Source: a virus. From it: a stretch of DNA of 64,000 nt. Within the stretch, counting starts at the first letter, position 1; each line of letters opens with the position of its first letter. The DNA lies in the IMG/VR virus record IMGVR_UViG_3300027631_002653, positions 1-64,000 of that record, one strand, 5' to 3'. Made by a program: the position numbers and the translations under genes. This document shows positions 28,982 to 38,909 of the stretch, piece by piece. The notes under the pieces are model-generated. The model did no database searches and was not told the origin of the DNA. It saw only the letters and a list, made by a program, of their open reading frames with translations.

Positions 28982-30274
28982 ATGAAACCATTATTTGTTA
29001 TAAGTTCACCATTTGATACGTACTCTGGATATGGTGCTAGAAGTCGTGATTTAATTAAAGCCATTATTGAAACAGATAAATATAACGTTAGGCTTATGTC
29101 TCAACGTTGGGGAAATACACCCTTTGGATTTTGTGACGATAATCCTGAATGGAAATTTTTGATTGATTTAACCCTAATTAATAATCAACTTACACAACAA
29201 CCAGATATTTGGGCTCAAGTAACTGTACCTAATGAATTTCAACCAGTAGGAAAATATAATATTGGTTTTACAGCTGGTATTGAAAGTACATTATGTGCCG
29301 CTGAATGGATTGAAGGTTGTAATAGAATGGATTTAAATATTGTTTCATCTGAACATTCTAAAAAAGTATTTAAAGAGTCTAAATACGAGAAAAGAAATAA
29401 ACAAACAAACGATATTGAAGGAATGGTTGAATTAACTAAACCAATGGAAGTATTATTTGAAGGTGCTAACACAGATATCTATAAAGTAATTAATACACCT
29501 TGTTCATTAGATATTAAAATTAAAGAAGATTTTGCTTATTTATTTGTAGGTCATTGGATGCCAGGTGATTTAGGTGAAGATAGAAAAAATGTAGGTTTAT
29601 TAGTTAAAGCGTTTTATGAAACATTTAAAAATAAAACTAAAAAACCAGCATTAATTTTAAAAACATCTCAAGTAGGTTCATCTTATATTGATAGAGACGA
29701 AATTTTAAAGAAAATTAAACAAATTCGTAAAACAGTCAATTCAGATAATCTTCCCAAAATTTATCTTTTACATGGTGAATTTACAGATATTGAAATGAAT
29801 GAAATTTATAATCATTCTAAAGTAAAAGCAATGGTTAATTTAACTAAAGGTGAAGGTTTTGGTCGTCCATTACTTGAATTCAGTTTAATTAAAAAACCAA
29901 TTATAACAACAGGATGGAGTGGACATATAGATTTCTTAAATCAAGAATTCACAAATTTAATTAAAGGTCAATTAACTAATGTTCATCCAAGTACAGCTAA
30001 TCAATTTTTATTAACTGAATCACAATGGTTTTCACCTGATCATGGTCAAGTAGGTTTTTATTTAAAAGATGTATTTGAAAATTATAAAAAATATACTGAG
30101 GGGGCTAAACGTCAAGCATTTAAAAGCAAAAGCGAGTTTAGTTGGGATAAAATGAAAGATAAAATAAGCGAAATTTTAATTACAAATATTCCAAATTTCC
30201 CAACTCAAGTAGAATTAAAACTACCTCAATTAAAAAAAGTAGAATTACCTAAATTACAAAAAATAAATGGATAA
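28982..30274 (+). CDS. GT-B (GT4-like) glycosyltransferase
   Basis: SGYG, DRKN, GEGFGRPLLEF, WSGHIDF. Confidence 0.85.
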   Translation: MKPLFVISSPFDTYSGYGARSRDLIKAIIETDKYNVRLMSQRWGNTPFGFCDDNPEWKFLIDLTLINNQLTQQPDIWAQVTVPNEFQPVGKYNIGFTAGIESTLCAAEWIEGCNRMDLNIVSSEHSKKVFKESKYEKRNKQTNDIEGMVELTKPMEVLFEGANTDIYKVINTPCSLDIKIKEDFAYLFVGHWMPGDLGEDRKNVGLLVKAFYETFKNKTKKPALILKTSQVGSSYIDRDEILKKIKQIRKTVNSDNLPKIYLLHGEFTDIEMNEIYNHSKVKAMVNLTKGEGFGRPLLEFSLIKKPIITTGWSGHIDFLNQEFTNLIKGQLTNVHPSTANQFLLTESQWFSPDHGQVGFYLKDVFENYKKYTEGAKRQAFKSKSEFSWDKMKDKISEILITNIPNFPTQVELKLPQLKKVELPKLQKING

Positions 30275-30722
30275 ATTAACTAATTGCCCTTGTTGTGGCT
30301 CGGATGCTTGTTTCGTAGATGAAACTACTCCTGACATTTTAACTTACTTTTGTTATGGATGTGGTTTTCAGACCAATTCATTGATGAAAGAAGGAGAAGA
30401 ATTTTATGAACAACAAATTTTAATGTTACCTGAACTTTATAAAGATTTACTTAATAAAGATGATGATGGGACTGTTTGGATGCCTTCAACAATCAATTTA
30501 CCTCAACAAGGTATGGTTTTTGCTAATGGTCCTTCTAAAGATGATTGGGGTTGGGCTGCTGTAAAAGCTGTTCCTGTTAAGGAAGAAGAAAAAGAAAAAT
30601 ATCCAATTCCAAATCAAAAAGGTAAATTTTATGAGTGGAGAATGGATATGACTACATTAAAAATGTTTGTTAAGCGTGACTATATGGAAGCACTTTCATA
30701 CATTGGTGTGTTACCTGAGTAA
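30267..30722 (+). CDS. Zn-ribbon protein
   Basis: CPCC and CYGCG. Confidence 0.55.
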   Translation: MDKLTNCPCCGSDACFVDETTPDILTYFCYGCGFQTNSLMKEGEEFYEQQILMLPELYKDLLNKDDDGTVWMPSTINLPQQGMVFANGPSKDDWGWAAVKAVPVKEEEKEKYPIPNQKGKFYEWRMDMTTLKMFVKRDYMEALSYIGVLPE

Positions 30723-30723
30723 T

Positions 30724-31341
30724 ATGAAGATAAGCTATGCAATAACAGTTTGTAATGAATTGAAGGAGATTAAACGTTTAGTTGATTTCCTTCTTTCTAA
30801 CAAACGTAAAGAAGATGAGATAGTGATCCTATTCGATCAGAGTAAGGGCACTCAAGAAGTAATAACCTATCTTGATACAATTAAAACAGAAGGATGTTTA
30901 GTAAGTAACCGCTTTGAAGGACATTTTGCAAAATGGAAGAATTTATTAACAACACACTGTACAGGAGATTATATCTTCCAAATAGATGCTGATGAGCTTC
31001 CACATATTAATCTAATTCAAAACCTACCATCCTTATTAGAAGCAAATCCCACAGTTGATATGTTAAGAGTACCTAGAGTAAATACTGTAGAAGGTTTAAC
31101 TGAAAAACATATTAAAAAGTGGGGTTGGAATGTAAACGAGAAAGGATGGGTAAACTGGGCTGATGGGCAGATGCGAATTTACAGAAATACTCCAAGTATT
31201 AAATGGGTTAATAAAGTACACGAAGTATTAGAGGGATATAAAACCCATGGTATGTTACCTCTTGAAGAAGAATGGGCATTATATCACCCAAAAACAATAG
31301 AAAAACAAGAAAAACAAAACAATTATTATAACACATTATGA
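30724..31341 (+). CDS. GT2 glycosyltransferase
   Basis: ISYAITVCNE, IFQIDADE, VHE; start moved to ATG 30724. Confidence 0.85.
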   Translation: MKISYAITVCNELKEIKRLVDFLLSNKRKEDEIVILFDQSKGTQEVITYLDTIKTEGCLVSNRFEGHFAKWKNLLTTHCTGDYIFQIDADELPHINLIQNLPSLLEANPTVDMLRVPRVNTVEGLTEKHIKKWGWNVNEKGWVNWADGQMRIYRNTPSIKWVNKVHEVLEGYKTHGMLPLEEEWALYHPKTIEKQEKQNNYYNTL

Positions 31342-32327
31342 AAATATTAATTACAGGAGTAGCAGGATTAATAGGTAGCCGATTAGCAGATTGGATTACA
31401 GCAAATCATCCAGAACATGAAATTATTGGTATTGACAATTTAAGTGGTGGATATAAAAATAATATTAATTCTTATGTAAAATTTTACGAAATTGATTGTA
31501 AAGATAAAGGTATTAAAGATATTTTTGAAACCCATAAACCAGATTATGTTTATCATTTTGCTGCTTATGCTGCTGAAGGTTTATCACCCTTTATTAGAAC
31601 ATATAATTACCAAAACAATTTAGAAGCGACCGCAAACATTGTAAATGAGTGTATTAAACACGATGTTAAACGTCTAGTATTCACATCAACAATGGCTGTG
31701 TATGGTCATGGTACTCCACCATTTGATGAATCACATACGCCTGCTCCAATTGATCCTTATGGAATTGCTAAGTATGCTTGTGAAATGGATATTAAAGTAG
31801 CTGGTGAACAACATGGTTTAGATTGGTGTATTATTCGTCCTCATAATGTTTATGGTAATAAACAAAATATTTGGGACAAATATCGTAACGTATTAGGTAT
31901 TTGGATGAATCAATATATGAATGATTTACCAATGTCTATTTTTGGAGATGGAGAACAAAAACGAGCATTTAGTTTTATCGATGATTGTTTAGAACCACTT
32001 TGGAAAGCAGCAGTAGATAAAAAAGCATCAAAAGAAATTATTAATTTAGGTTCTAGTGTGTTTTATACTATTAATGAAGCTAATTCTGTATTAAGAGAAG
32101 TAATTGGTGATGGAACTTATATCCATAAAGAAGGTAGACATGAAGTAAAAGATGCTCACCCAACATGGGCTAAATCAGTTGTGTTGTTAGATTATAAAGA
32201 TACAACAACATTACATGATGGTTTAGAAATAATGTGGCAGTGGGCTAAAAATCAACCAAAGAGAGAACAATTTATTTGGGATAACTATGAGATTGAAAAA
32301 GGAATTTATACATTCTGGAAAAAGTAA
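31338..32327 (+). CDS. NAD-dependent sugar epimerase/dehydratase
   Basis: TGVAGLIG, YGIAK (YxxxK), RPHNVYG. Confidence 0.9.
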   Translation: MKILITGVAGLIGSRLADWITANHPEHEIIGIDNLSGGYKNNINSYVKFYEIDCKDKGIKDIFETHKPDYVYHFAAYAAEGLSPFIRTYNYQNNLEATANIVNECIKHDVKRLVFTSTMAVYGHGTPPFDESHTPAPIDPYGIAKYACEMDIKVAGEQHGLDWCIIRPHNVYGNKQNIWDKYRNVLGIWMNQYMNDLPMSIFGDGEQKRAFSFIDDCLEPLWKAAVDKKASKEIINLGSSVFYTINEANSVLREVIGDGTYIHKEGRHEVKDAHPTWAKSVVLLDYKDTTTLHDGLEIMWQWAKNQPKREQFIWDNYEIEKGIYTFWKK

Positions 32328-32329
32328 AA

Positions 32330-33130
32330 ATGAAATTAAAAGATTTAATTAATAAAAGTTATTATGTTGCTAATGGGTATGTAGACTCAATTGAGAGTTT
32401 GAATATGTTAGAAAAATATATAACTCATAATTTAAATGTTTTAAAAGAATTTAAAGGTGTAATTATAGCTACTACTTATAAAGAACAAGATCCTAAATTA
32501 ATAGAAACAAATAAAATACTTTGGCAACATTATGTTCCTAATAGTATTTTAATTGATATAAAAGAAAATAGAGGACATAGTTTTGGAATAGCAGATAGTG
32601 AAAATGCTTTAATTGATTATTGTAAAGAAAATGATATTGATTGGATTTGTAAATCATCAAATGATGTTATTTTTCAAGAAATAATTTTAGATAAAGAAAT
32701 TAACAATGCTGACTTTTATTATTTAGAAGGAATTGGAATTAGTGGGATGAAACCATACGATTATGATTTTGATAGAATTAAAAACGAATATTTTTATCCT
32801 CAAACCAATTTTTACTTTATAAATGTTTCTAAAATTGATTATCTATATGATAAAGATTATGTAAATGAGACATATAAACAAATTCAACAACTAGAAAATT
32901 ACAATGGAAAAATTTGGGAATATATTGAAGGATGGACTTGTGAAGATTTTTTAAAAAATTGTGTTAATAGAAATAATCTAATTAAAGAACACATAGTCCC
33001 AGATGAAAAATATACTTTATTATTACACATTGTGAAAGATAATAATATTCAAGATTCAAGTTTTAAAAACATTATGATAGAAGGTATATGCCATCTACAA
33101 TGGCCTAATGAACCTATATTTAATATATAA
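32330..33130 (+). CDS. Hypothetical protein, possibly glycosyltransferase-like
   Basis: Within the glycan island; ENRGH, KSSNDV. Confidence 0.45.
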   Translation: MKLKDLINKSYYVANGYVDSIESLNMLEKYITHNLNVLKEFKGVIIATTYKEQDPKLIETNKILWQHYVPNSILIDIKENRGHSFGIADSENALIDYCKENDIDWICKSSNDVIFQEIILDKEINNADFYYLEGIGISGMKPYDYDFDRIKNEYFYPQTNFYFINVSKIDYLYDKDYVNETYKQIQQLENYNGKIWEYIEGWTCEDFLKNCVNRNNLIKEHIVPDEKYTLLLHIVKDNNIQDSSFKNIMIEGICHLQWPNEPIFNI

Positions 33131-33136
33131 TATAAT

Positions 33137-33727
33137 ATGAAAATAATACAAATAGGAGCTAATAATGGTAAAGATGAAGTATTTGATTTAATTAGTCAAA
33201 ATAGATTTAATATAGAATTAGCAGTATTAATTGAACCTATACCTTTTATTATTGATGATTTAAAAAATCAATATAAAGATTTAGATAATGTGTCTATAGA
33301 AAGTATAGCTATAAATGATGATCCTAATTCAACACATTTAACTTTATATTATATTGAAAATAGCAATTATGAGGTAAGTTCTTTTAATAAAGAACATGTT
33401 ATAAAACATAAACCTGAAGATGAAACAAATGAAATAAAATCATTAGATATCCCATGTATGACCTTTAATAACATTATGGAAAAATATAGTGTAATAGATT
33501 TAGATTATCTGTTTATTGATACTGAAGGATTAGATACTTACATTATTAATTCAATTGATTTTAGTAAATACAATATAAAAAATATTATATTTGAAACGAT
33601 ACATGCTGATGGTCCTTTTACTACTGGAAAAAATGCTGAAAAAACAAAAGAATATTTAATTAATATGGGCTATATGTTTAAATATAGTGAAGATGGATGG
33701 GACATAATGGCAATAAAAATAAAATGA
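33137..33727 (+). CDS. FkbM-family methyltransferase
   Basis: QIGANNG, LIEP, IDTEGLD, IIFE. Confidence 0.85.
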   Translation: MKIIQIGANNGKDEVFDLISQNRFNIELAVLIEPIPFIIDDLKNQYKDLDNVSIESIAINDDPNSTHLTLYYIENSNYEVSSFNKEHVIKHKPEDETNEIKSLDIPCMTFNNIMEKYSVIDLDYLFIDTEGLDTYIINSIDFSKYNIKNIIFETIHADGPFTTGKNAEKTKEYLINMGYMFKYSEDGWDIMAIKIK

Positions 33728-34965
33728 AAATAATATACAGAATATCAGACGCAGGATATAGTAAAGTAAAACCAGAATATGTAAACAATGAAGCTTGTTT
33801 AAAAAATGCTTTAGAAGTATTTCCATGGAGTGAATATGATTGGTCTATTATAGCCGATAACATTTCAGAAGAAACAAATAATATGATTCAAAAATATATT
33901 CCTAGAAATTATATTAATTATGTTTCTGTAGGTCATGGAGCAGGTACTTTTAATTTAGCTTTAGATGAAGCATTACAATATAAGGATGACGAAATAGTTT
34001 ATTTTATTGAAAATGATTATTTACATTTACAAGGTTCACCTAAAATATTAGAAGAAGGATTTGATTTAGGAGCTTCATTTGTATCTCTATATGATCATCC
34101 CGATAAGTATAAAGATCCTTCTACAGGAGGTAATCCATATTGTGAAGGTGGAGCTGAAGATACTAGAGTATATCTTTCAGAATCATCTCACTGGAAGATT
34201 ACAAATTCAACAACTATGACTTTTGCTGCTAAAGTATCAACATTAAAAAAAGTAGAATCAACTTTAAGAAAACATACCGATACTAAGCATCCAAATGATT
34301 TTCAAATGTTTATTGAATTAAGACAAAATAATGAATTATTAATCACTCCAATCCCCGGATATTCAACACACGGAGAAACAGCTTGGTTATCACCTCTAAT
34401 AAATTGGAATAATATCCCAGGCAAATCATTAAATGACATTTATAAAAAATGGTCTTATATTGATGGTCATGGTGATAAAGGAACAGCTCATACTTATATC
34501 CCTGAATATGAAAGATTATTAAGTCCTTACAGATATAAAAAACCTAATTTCTTAGAAATTGGAGTTGCTTATGGTGAATCTTTAGAAATGTGGTATGAAT
34601 ATTTTCAAGGAGTTAAAATTCACGGAATAGATATTTGGGACAAAGAAATAGGTCCTTATTTAAAAGATAAAAGATTTAATATTAATATAGTAGATGCTAC
34701 TAAAAAAGAAGTATTAAATTGTTTAGAGGATACTACTTTTGATATTATTATTGATGATGGAAGCCATCGTTTTGAAGACCAAGTAGCAACTTTTAATATT
34801 TTAAAAGATAAAATGAATGCTGGGGGTATTTTTATTATTGAAGATGTAGATTGTTTAGATGAAAAACGAGATGAATTTATTAAGTTACATTCAAATTGTG
34901 AAATTATTGATAATAGATCTCTTTTAAAAAGATATGATGATGTTTTAATTGTTTATAGATTTTAA
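33724..34965 (+). CDS. Glycosyltransferase-like / sugar O-methyltransferase fusion
   Basis: N-terminal YFIENDYLH; C-terminal DKGTAHTY, LEIGV, DIIIDDGSH, IIED. Confidence 0.7.
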   Translation: MKIIYRISDAGYSKVKPEYVNNEACLKNALEVFPWSEYDWSIIADNISEETNNMIQKYIPRNYINYVSVGHGAGTFNLALDEALQYKDDEIVYFIENDYLHLQGSPKILEEGFDLGASFVSLYDHPDKYKDPSTGGNPYCEGGAEDTRVYLSESSHWKITNSTTMTFAAKVSTLKKVESTLRKHTDTKHPNDFQMFIELRQNNELLITPIPGYSTHGETAWLSPLINWNNIPGKSLNDIYKKWSYIDGHGDKGTAHTYIPEYERLLSPYRYKKPNFLEIGVAYGESLEMWYEYFQGVKIHGIDIWDKEIGPYLKDKRFNINIVDATKKEVLNCLEDTTFDIIIDDGSHRFEDQVATFNILKDKMNAGGIFIIEDVDCLDEKRDEFIKLHSNCEIIDNRSLLKRYDDVLIVYRF

Positions 34966-34969
34966 TAAT

Positions 34970-35767
34970 ATGATAAGTTTAATTATACCAACATACAGAA
35001 ACCCTGATTATTTAGATATTTGTCTAAAATCAGCTATTGAAAATCAAGTCAATAATAATGAAATTATTGTAGCCGTAGACGGTTTCATTGATGAAAGTCA
35101 ACACGTATTAGACAAATATAAACAGCATATTAGTGTATTAGATTTGGGTGTTAACCAAGGTATGCAAACAGCTCTTAATTTAGCTGTTATGAATGCTAAT
35201 AATGAAACTCTTGTTATCATAAATGATGATAATGTATTGTGTAAAGATTGGGATATTATTATTGAAAATCAATCAGTAAATAGAACAGGTTCTGTATTCA
35301 CTATTAACCAAATAGAACCTACAGGCCCAGGTATATTTAATTTTCATGTTAAAGATTTAGGTAAAACTCCTAAAGAATTTAAATATGAAGAATTTTTAGA
35401 ATATGAACAAACTGTTAGAGATGGTAAATTAACTTTAGATGGGGGTATTTTTCCATTTGTTATATCTAAAAAAGACTATATGATTGTTGGAGGTTTTGAT
35501 ACAATTTATCAATCACCTTTTATATGTGATTGGGACTTTTTCCTTAAATTAGATTTAAATGGTGTACAATTTTACAGAGCAAATAATCTTAATTTTTACC
35601 ATTTTGGAAGCGCAGCAACTAAAAATGGTAAAGAAGGAGATAAATTTAAACAAACAGAATCACCAGCTGCTCAAACATTTATTTATAAATGGGGTATGTT
35701 ACCTCAATTATTTGAAAACAATAGTCATAGGCCTAAAGGTCAAAATATAAAAGGAATTGATTTTTAA
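34970..35767 (+). CDS. GT2 glycosyltransferase
   Basis: ISLIIPTY, INDDNV, VGGFD, DWDF, FYHFG. Confidence 0.85.
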   Translation: MISLIIPTYRNPDYLDICLKSAIENQVNNNEIIVAVDGFIDESQHVLDKYKQHISVLDLGVNQGMQTALNLAVMNANNETLVIINDDNVLCKDWDIIIENQSVNRTGSVFTINQIEPTGPGIFNFHVKDLGKTPKEFKYEEFLEYEQTVRDGKLTLDGGIFPFVISKKDYMIVGGFDTIYQSPFICDWDFFLKLDLNGVQFYRANNLNFYHFGSAATKNGKEGDKFKQTESPAAQTFIYKWGMLPQLFENNSHRPKGQNIKGIDF

Positions 35768-35814
35768 CTAGGATTTATAATAATTATTTCATACATTAAT
35801 AAAAAAAAAATAAA

Positions 35815-35973
35815 ATGGTATGTGGATTTTATAATAAAGGAGATAAAAAACAAGAGATAATTAGTCGCACTGTTACTTTATCTAGATTACAAGCGGCTAA
35901 ATCCTTTGCTGAACGCAAGCAGTTGCCTCTTAAATCATTTTTAAAAATATACGCTGTTAAAACAATACTATGA
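35815..35973 (+). CDS. Hypothetical protein (52 aa, not in ORF track)
   Basis: MVCGFYNKGDK...AAKSFAERKQL; follows a degenerate promoter (TAGG 35769, TACATT 35792) and overlaps the next ATG. Confidence 0.55.
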   Translation: MVCGFYNKGDKKQEIISRTVTLSRLQAAKSFAERKQLPLKSFLKIYAVKTIL

Positions 35974-36350
35974 TACCCTTTGGTAAGCATTTAAATGTAA
36001 AATCACGTACTAAAGACCCAACTGATAAAGATTTATTTATGGAAGTTGTGGGATTAGTAGATGAATGTTGGATTCGTTCTAACGTTATTGAAAATGAATT
36101 TGGTTTAGGTGTATCAGATTATGAAGAACCATTTTATTTAGTCATTGAAAATTTAATTTATATGCACTATGGAGAATGGAAAGGTGATATTATGTTATGG
36201 TGGTTATTTGAACGATTTGATGGAGATGGAAGTGTACTTCCAATTAATCTAAACGATCATGCTAAGGAAATCGAAGAAGAAGTATTTATTGAAACAGTAG
36301 AAGAACTGTGGGAATTTATTAAAAAAATAGAATCAAAATCAAAGTTATGA
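35970..36350 (+). CDS. Hypothetical protein
   Basis: Packed ORF. Confidence 0.6.
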   Translation: MIPFGKHLNVKSRTKDPTDKDLFMEVVGLVDECWIRSNVIENEFGLGVSDYEEPFYLVIENLIYMHYGEWKGDIMLWWLFERFDGDGSVLPINLNDHAKEIEEEVFIETVEELWEFIKKIESKSKL

Positions 36351-36658
36351 ATGTAAGATATTGTAAAGGATGTGGTGAACAAATTCACCCAAAACGATTA
36401 GAAATTATTCCAAATGCTATAACATGTGTTCCGTGTTCAACAGTACAGAAAAAAGGAGCAGTAACATTATTAAAAGGAGAAGGAGACCATACTTGGATTG
36501 AAACTATATTTTTAGAACATGATGAGTATCAACAATATATGGCTGCTGAAAATAAAATGAGAAAAATTGCCATAAGTGCTCCTAAAACAGAATATAATGG
36601 AGATGAAGATTCACATGATAATCTACCATCACCAAGTGATGTTAAAATTGAAGACTAA
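36347..36658 (+). CDS. DksA/TraR C4 zinc-finger protein
   Basis: CKGCGEQIHPKRLEIIP...CVPC. Confidence 0.8.
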   Translation: MNVRYCKGCGEQIHPKRLEIIPNAITCVPCSTVQKKGAVTLLKGEGDHTWIETIFLEHDEYQQYMAAENKMRKIAISAPKTEYNGDEDSHDNLPSPSDVKIED

Positions 36659-37299
36659 TGCCTAAAGCTAAACCATTATCTAAAGAAATGGTAGTAGCAG
36701 CTATGAATAAGACTAAGTCTAACAAAGCCGCTGCCCGATATTTAAATGTTTCTTATATTCATTTTAAGAAATGGGCTAAACTTTACCAAGATGCCGATAC
36801 AGGTCAAATATTATTTGATAAACATAAAAACCAATCAGGTAAAGGTATCCCTAAATTTTTAAGTAATGGTAATCCTAGAAAAGATTTTGCATTATTAGAT
36901 TTAATTGAAGGTAGAATCGACCCATCTTCATTTAATCCAGCAAAAATAAAATACCGTTTAATTCAAGAAGGTTACTTACAGGAAGAATGTTCTATTTGTA
37001 GTTTTAATGAAAGACGAGTATTAGATTACAAGATGCCTCTTATTTTAAATTTTAAAGACGGTAATAAACAACATTATAGATTAGAGAATTTAGAAATGTT
37101 ATGTTATAATCATTATTTTCTACAAATTGGAGACATATTTACCGACAAACAGCTGGGTGGTCTAGAAGATCATGTAAGCAAAAACGAATCAAAAGTTGAT
37201 TGGGAAGTTGATGACTATACTCAACAACGTTTGAAAGAATTAGGTTTATATGATTCAAAACCGGTTGATAATGGGTTAGATTTAATATCAAGAATATGA
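36658..37299 (+). CDS. HTH plus degenerate HNH-like domain protein
   Basis: SNKAAARYLNVSY helix-turn-helix; CSIC...LNFKDGN...LENLEMLCYN. Confidence 0.6.
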   Translation: MPKAKPLSKEMVVAAMNKTKSNKAAARYLNVSYIHFKKWAKLYQDADTGQILFDKHKNQSGKGIPKFLSNGNPRKDFALLDLIEGRIDPSSFNPAKIKYRLIQEGYLQEECSICSFNERRVLDYKMPLILNFKDGNKQHYRLENLEMLCYNHYFLQIGDIFTDKQLGGLEDHVSKNESKVDWEVDDYTQQRLKELGLYDSKPVDNGLDLISRI

Positions 37300-37484
37300 A
37301 ACCAAAACGAATCCCTTTACTCAAAAAGGGTAAAAACAAAAAGCACGATAAGTTAGTTAATGACTACGATGCTCAAAAATCAAAACATCTTGAAAATTTT
37401 ACTACTAAAATGTTAGAAAAAGACGAAAAAAATAGTAGATTAAAAGGTAAAGAAATCAACACTAAATTTTTAGATTTATTTTAA
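37296..37484 (+). CDS. Hypothetical basic protein
   Basis: Packed ORF. Confidence 0.5.
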   Translation: MKPKRIPLLKKGKNKKHDKLVNDYDAQKSKHLENFTTKMLEKDEKNSRLKGKEINTKFLDLF

Positions 37485-37485
37485 T

Positions 37486-37791
37486 ATGGGAGCAATAGAA
37501 ATAACAGTTAATAACACTGAAGAATTTCAGGAGTTAGTAGATAATAAGGATTTTAGAATATCTCAAGCAGTAGTTGAGGGTATATTAAGTAATGTTAATT
37601 CAAAGAAAAAATACGTACACGTTTTATCTATAACATGTTTAGAAGAAGGTGAAATATTGGATATTACTGTTGAACGCAAGCATTTTGTTGAAACACTAGA
37701 GGAAAATTTACCATACTATATTAAAGAAGAACTATATGAAAAATGTGCTGAAATTACTAAAGTCATAGAGTCGTTAAAAATAGTAAAATAA
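37486..37791 (+). CDS. Hypothetical protein
   Basis: Packed ORF; C-terminal EELYEKCAEI (UVR-like). Confidence 0.55.
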   Translation: MGAIEITVNNTEEFQELVDNKDFRISQAVVEGILSNVNSKKKYVHVLSITCLEEGEILDITVERKHFVETLEENLPYYIKEELYEKCAEITKVIESLKIVK

Positions 37792-37792
37792 A

Positions 37793-37822
37793 TTTGGATA
37801 CCTGAATTATTGTTCGTATATT
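37793..37822 (+). promoter_or_regulatory. TTGG-N19-TATATT promoter
   Basis: TTTGG 37793-37797, TATATT 37817. Confidence 0.8.
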
Positions 37823-37840
37823 TACGTAAATAAAAAAATT

Positions 37841-38404
37841 ATGTTTTATAAATACGACCCAAACAAATTACAATTTGTTAAAACCAAATTAGCCCACAAG
37901 ATTGCTCTAGGAACAGTTATTGTGGTATCACTTATTTCGTTTAGTGCTGGACGTTTACTTAGAATTAAAGCATTAGATGAACGAGAAAGAGAATTGTTGG
38001 TAGTAAATTTAGCTGCTGAAAAAAACAAGTTCACTCAAGAAAAATTTGTCGATGAACTTAAACGATTAAATGTAAAATTCCCTCACATTGTAATGGCCCA
38101 ATCAATTATTGAAACTGGACATTGGACAAGTAATGTATTTAAAGAAAACCACAACTTGTTTGGAATGAAACAAGCAACAGTTCGAATTAATACAGCTAAC
38201 GGTACTCAAAATGGTCATGCTTATTATGATGATTGGTACCAATCTATTTATGACTATGCCTTCTACCAGTGTAGATATTTAGGTGGAATTAGTACTGAAG
38301 AGGATTATTATGCTTATTTAAGTCAAAATTATGCTGAAGCTGGAAATTATGTTCAGGTACTTAAAAGTGTAGTTGAAAAAGAGAAACTTAAAGATTTATT
38401 TTGA
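37841..38404 (+). CDS. Membrane-anchored glucosaminidase (GH73-like peptidoglycan hydrolase)
   Basis: N-terminal hydrophobic segment; AQSIIETG, NLFGMK, NYAE. Confidence 0.8.
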   Translation: MFYKYDPNKLQFVKTKLAHKIALGTVIVVSLISFSAGRLLRIKALDERERELLVVNLAAEKNKFTQEKFVDELKRLNVKFPHIVMAQSIIETGHWTSNVFKENHNLFGMKQATVRINTANGTQNGHAYYDDWYQSIYDYAFYQCRYLGGISTEEDYYAYLSQNYAEAGNYVQVLKSVVEKEKLKDLF

Positions 38405-38437
38405 TATGTATTAGGGTATAAAAACTCTAATCATCTA

Positions 38438-38578
38438 ATGGCAAAAACTAAAACACAATCCACAGTATCTAAAAAAGAAAAAGTTACAATTACAAGACCA
38501 GGAGTTCATGCTAAAACAAAAACTTCTAAAGCTAAAAATGCAACTAATTATAAAAAACCTAACGTAGGACAAGGATAA
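38438..38578 (+). CDS. Small highly basic protein (46 aa, not in ORF track)
   Basis: MAKTKTQSTVSKKEKVTITRPGVHAKTKTSKAKNATNYKKPNVGQG; ATATGTAT upstream. Confidence 0.65.
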   Translation: MAKTKTQSTVSKKEKVTITRPGVHAKTKTSKAKNATNYKKPNVGQG

Positions 38579-38599
38579 CAATTAAAAATAAATTAAGTT

Positions 38600-38728
38600 A
38601 TGAGTAAAACAAGCAACCACCAAAGAGTGAAAACTCTTAAACTTTGGATCGTTGATCGTAAAATTAAACCTAAAAAGAAAAACCAACCAGATGGGTTGAA
38701 GTATATTTTAGGTGAAGATAGAGACTAA
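38600..38728 (+). CDS. Small basic protein (42 aa, not in ORF track)
   Basis: AAGTTATG start context; MSKTSNHQRVKTLKLW... Confidence 0.5.
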   Translation: MSKTSNHQRVKTLKLWIVDRKIKPKKKNQPDGLKYILGEDRD

Positions 38729-38909
38729 ATTGAGCACATTATCATTTTTTGATTCAATCCCAGATAATGTTCTAGCTAATATAGCTATGAATGATTGGGA
38801 ATCATTAAAAAGACTTTGTATTGCTCTAACTTTAGACATTCAATTAATAAAAGAAGAAATAGAAAACGAAGGTTATGAAAATCGTAGTGATAGGGGAAAC
38901 ATGTGTTGA
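38712..38909 (+). CDS. Hypothetical protein
   Basis: Packed ORF with GTG start. Confidence 0.45.
   Translation: MKIETKLSTLSFFDSIPDNVLANIAMNDWESLKRLCIALTLDIQLIKEEIENEGYENRSDRGNMC

Noticed and set aside
35801-35810. A10 homopolymer as a phase-variation tract
   Set aside because: It lies in an A-rich leader outside the promoter spacer and coding sequence, and is expected in an AT-rich genome
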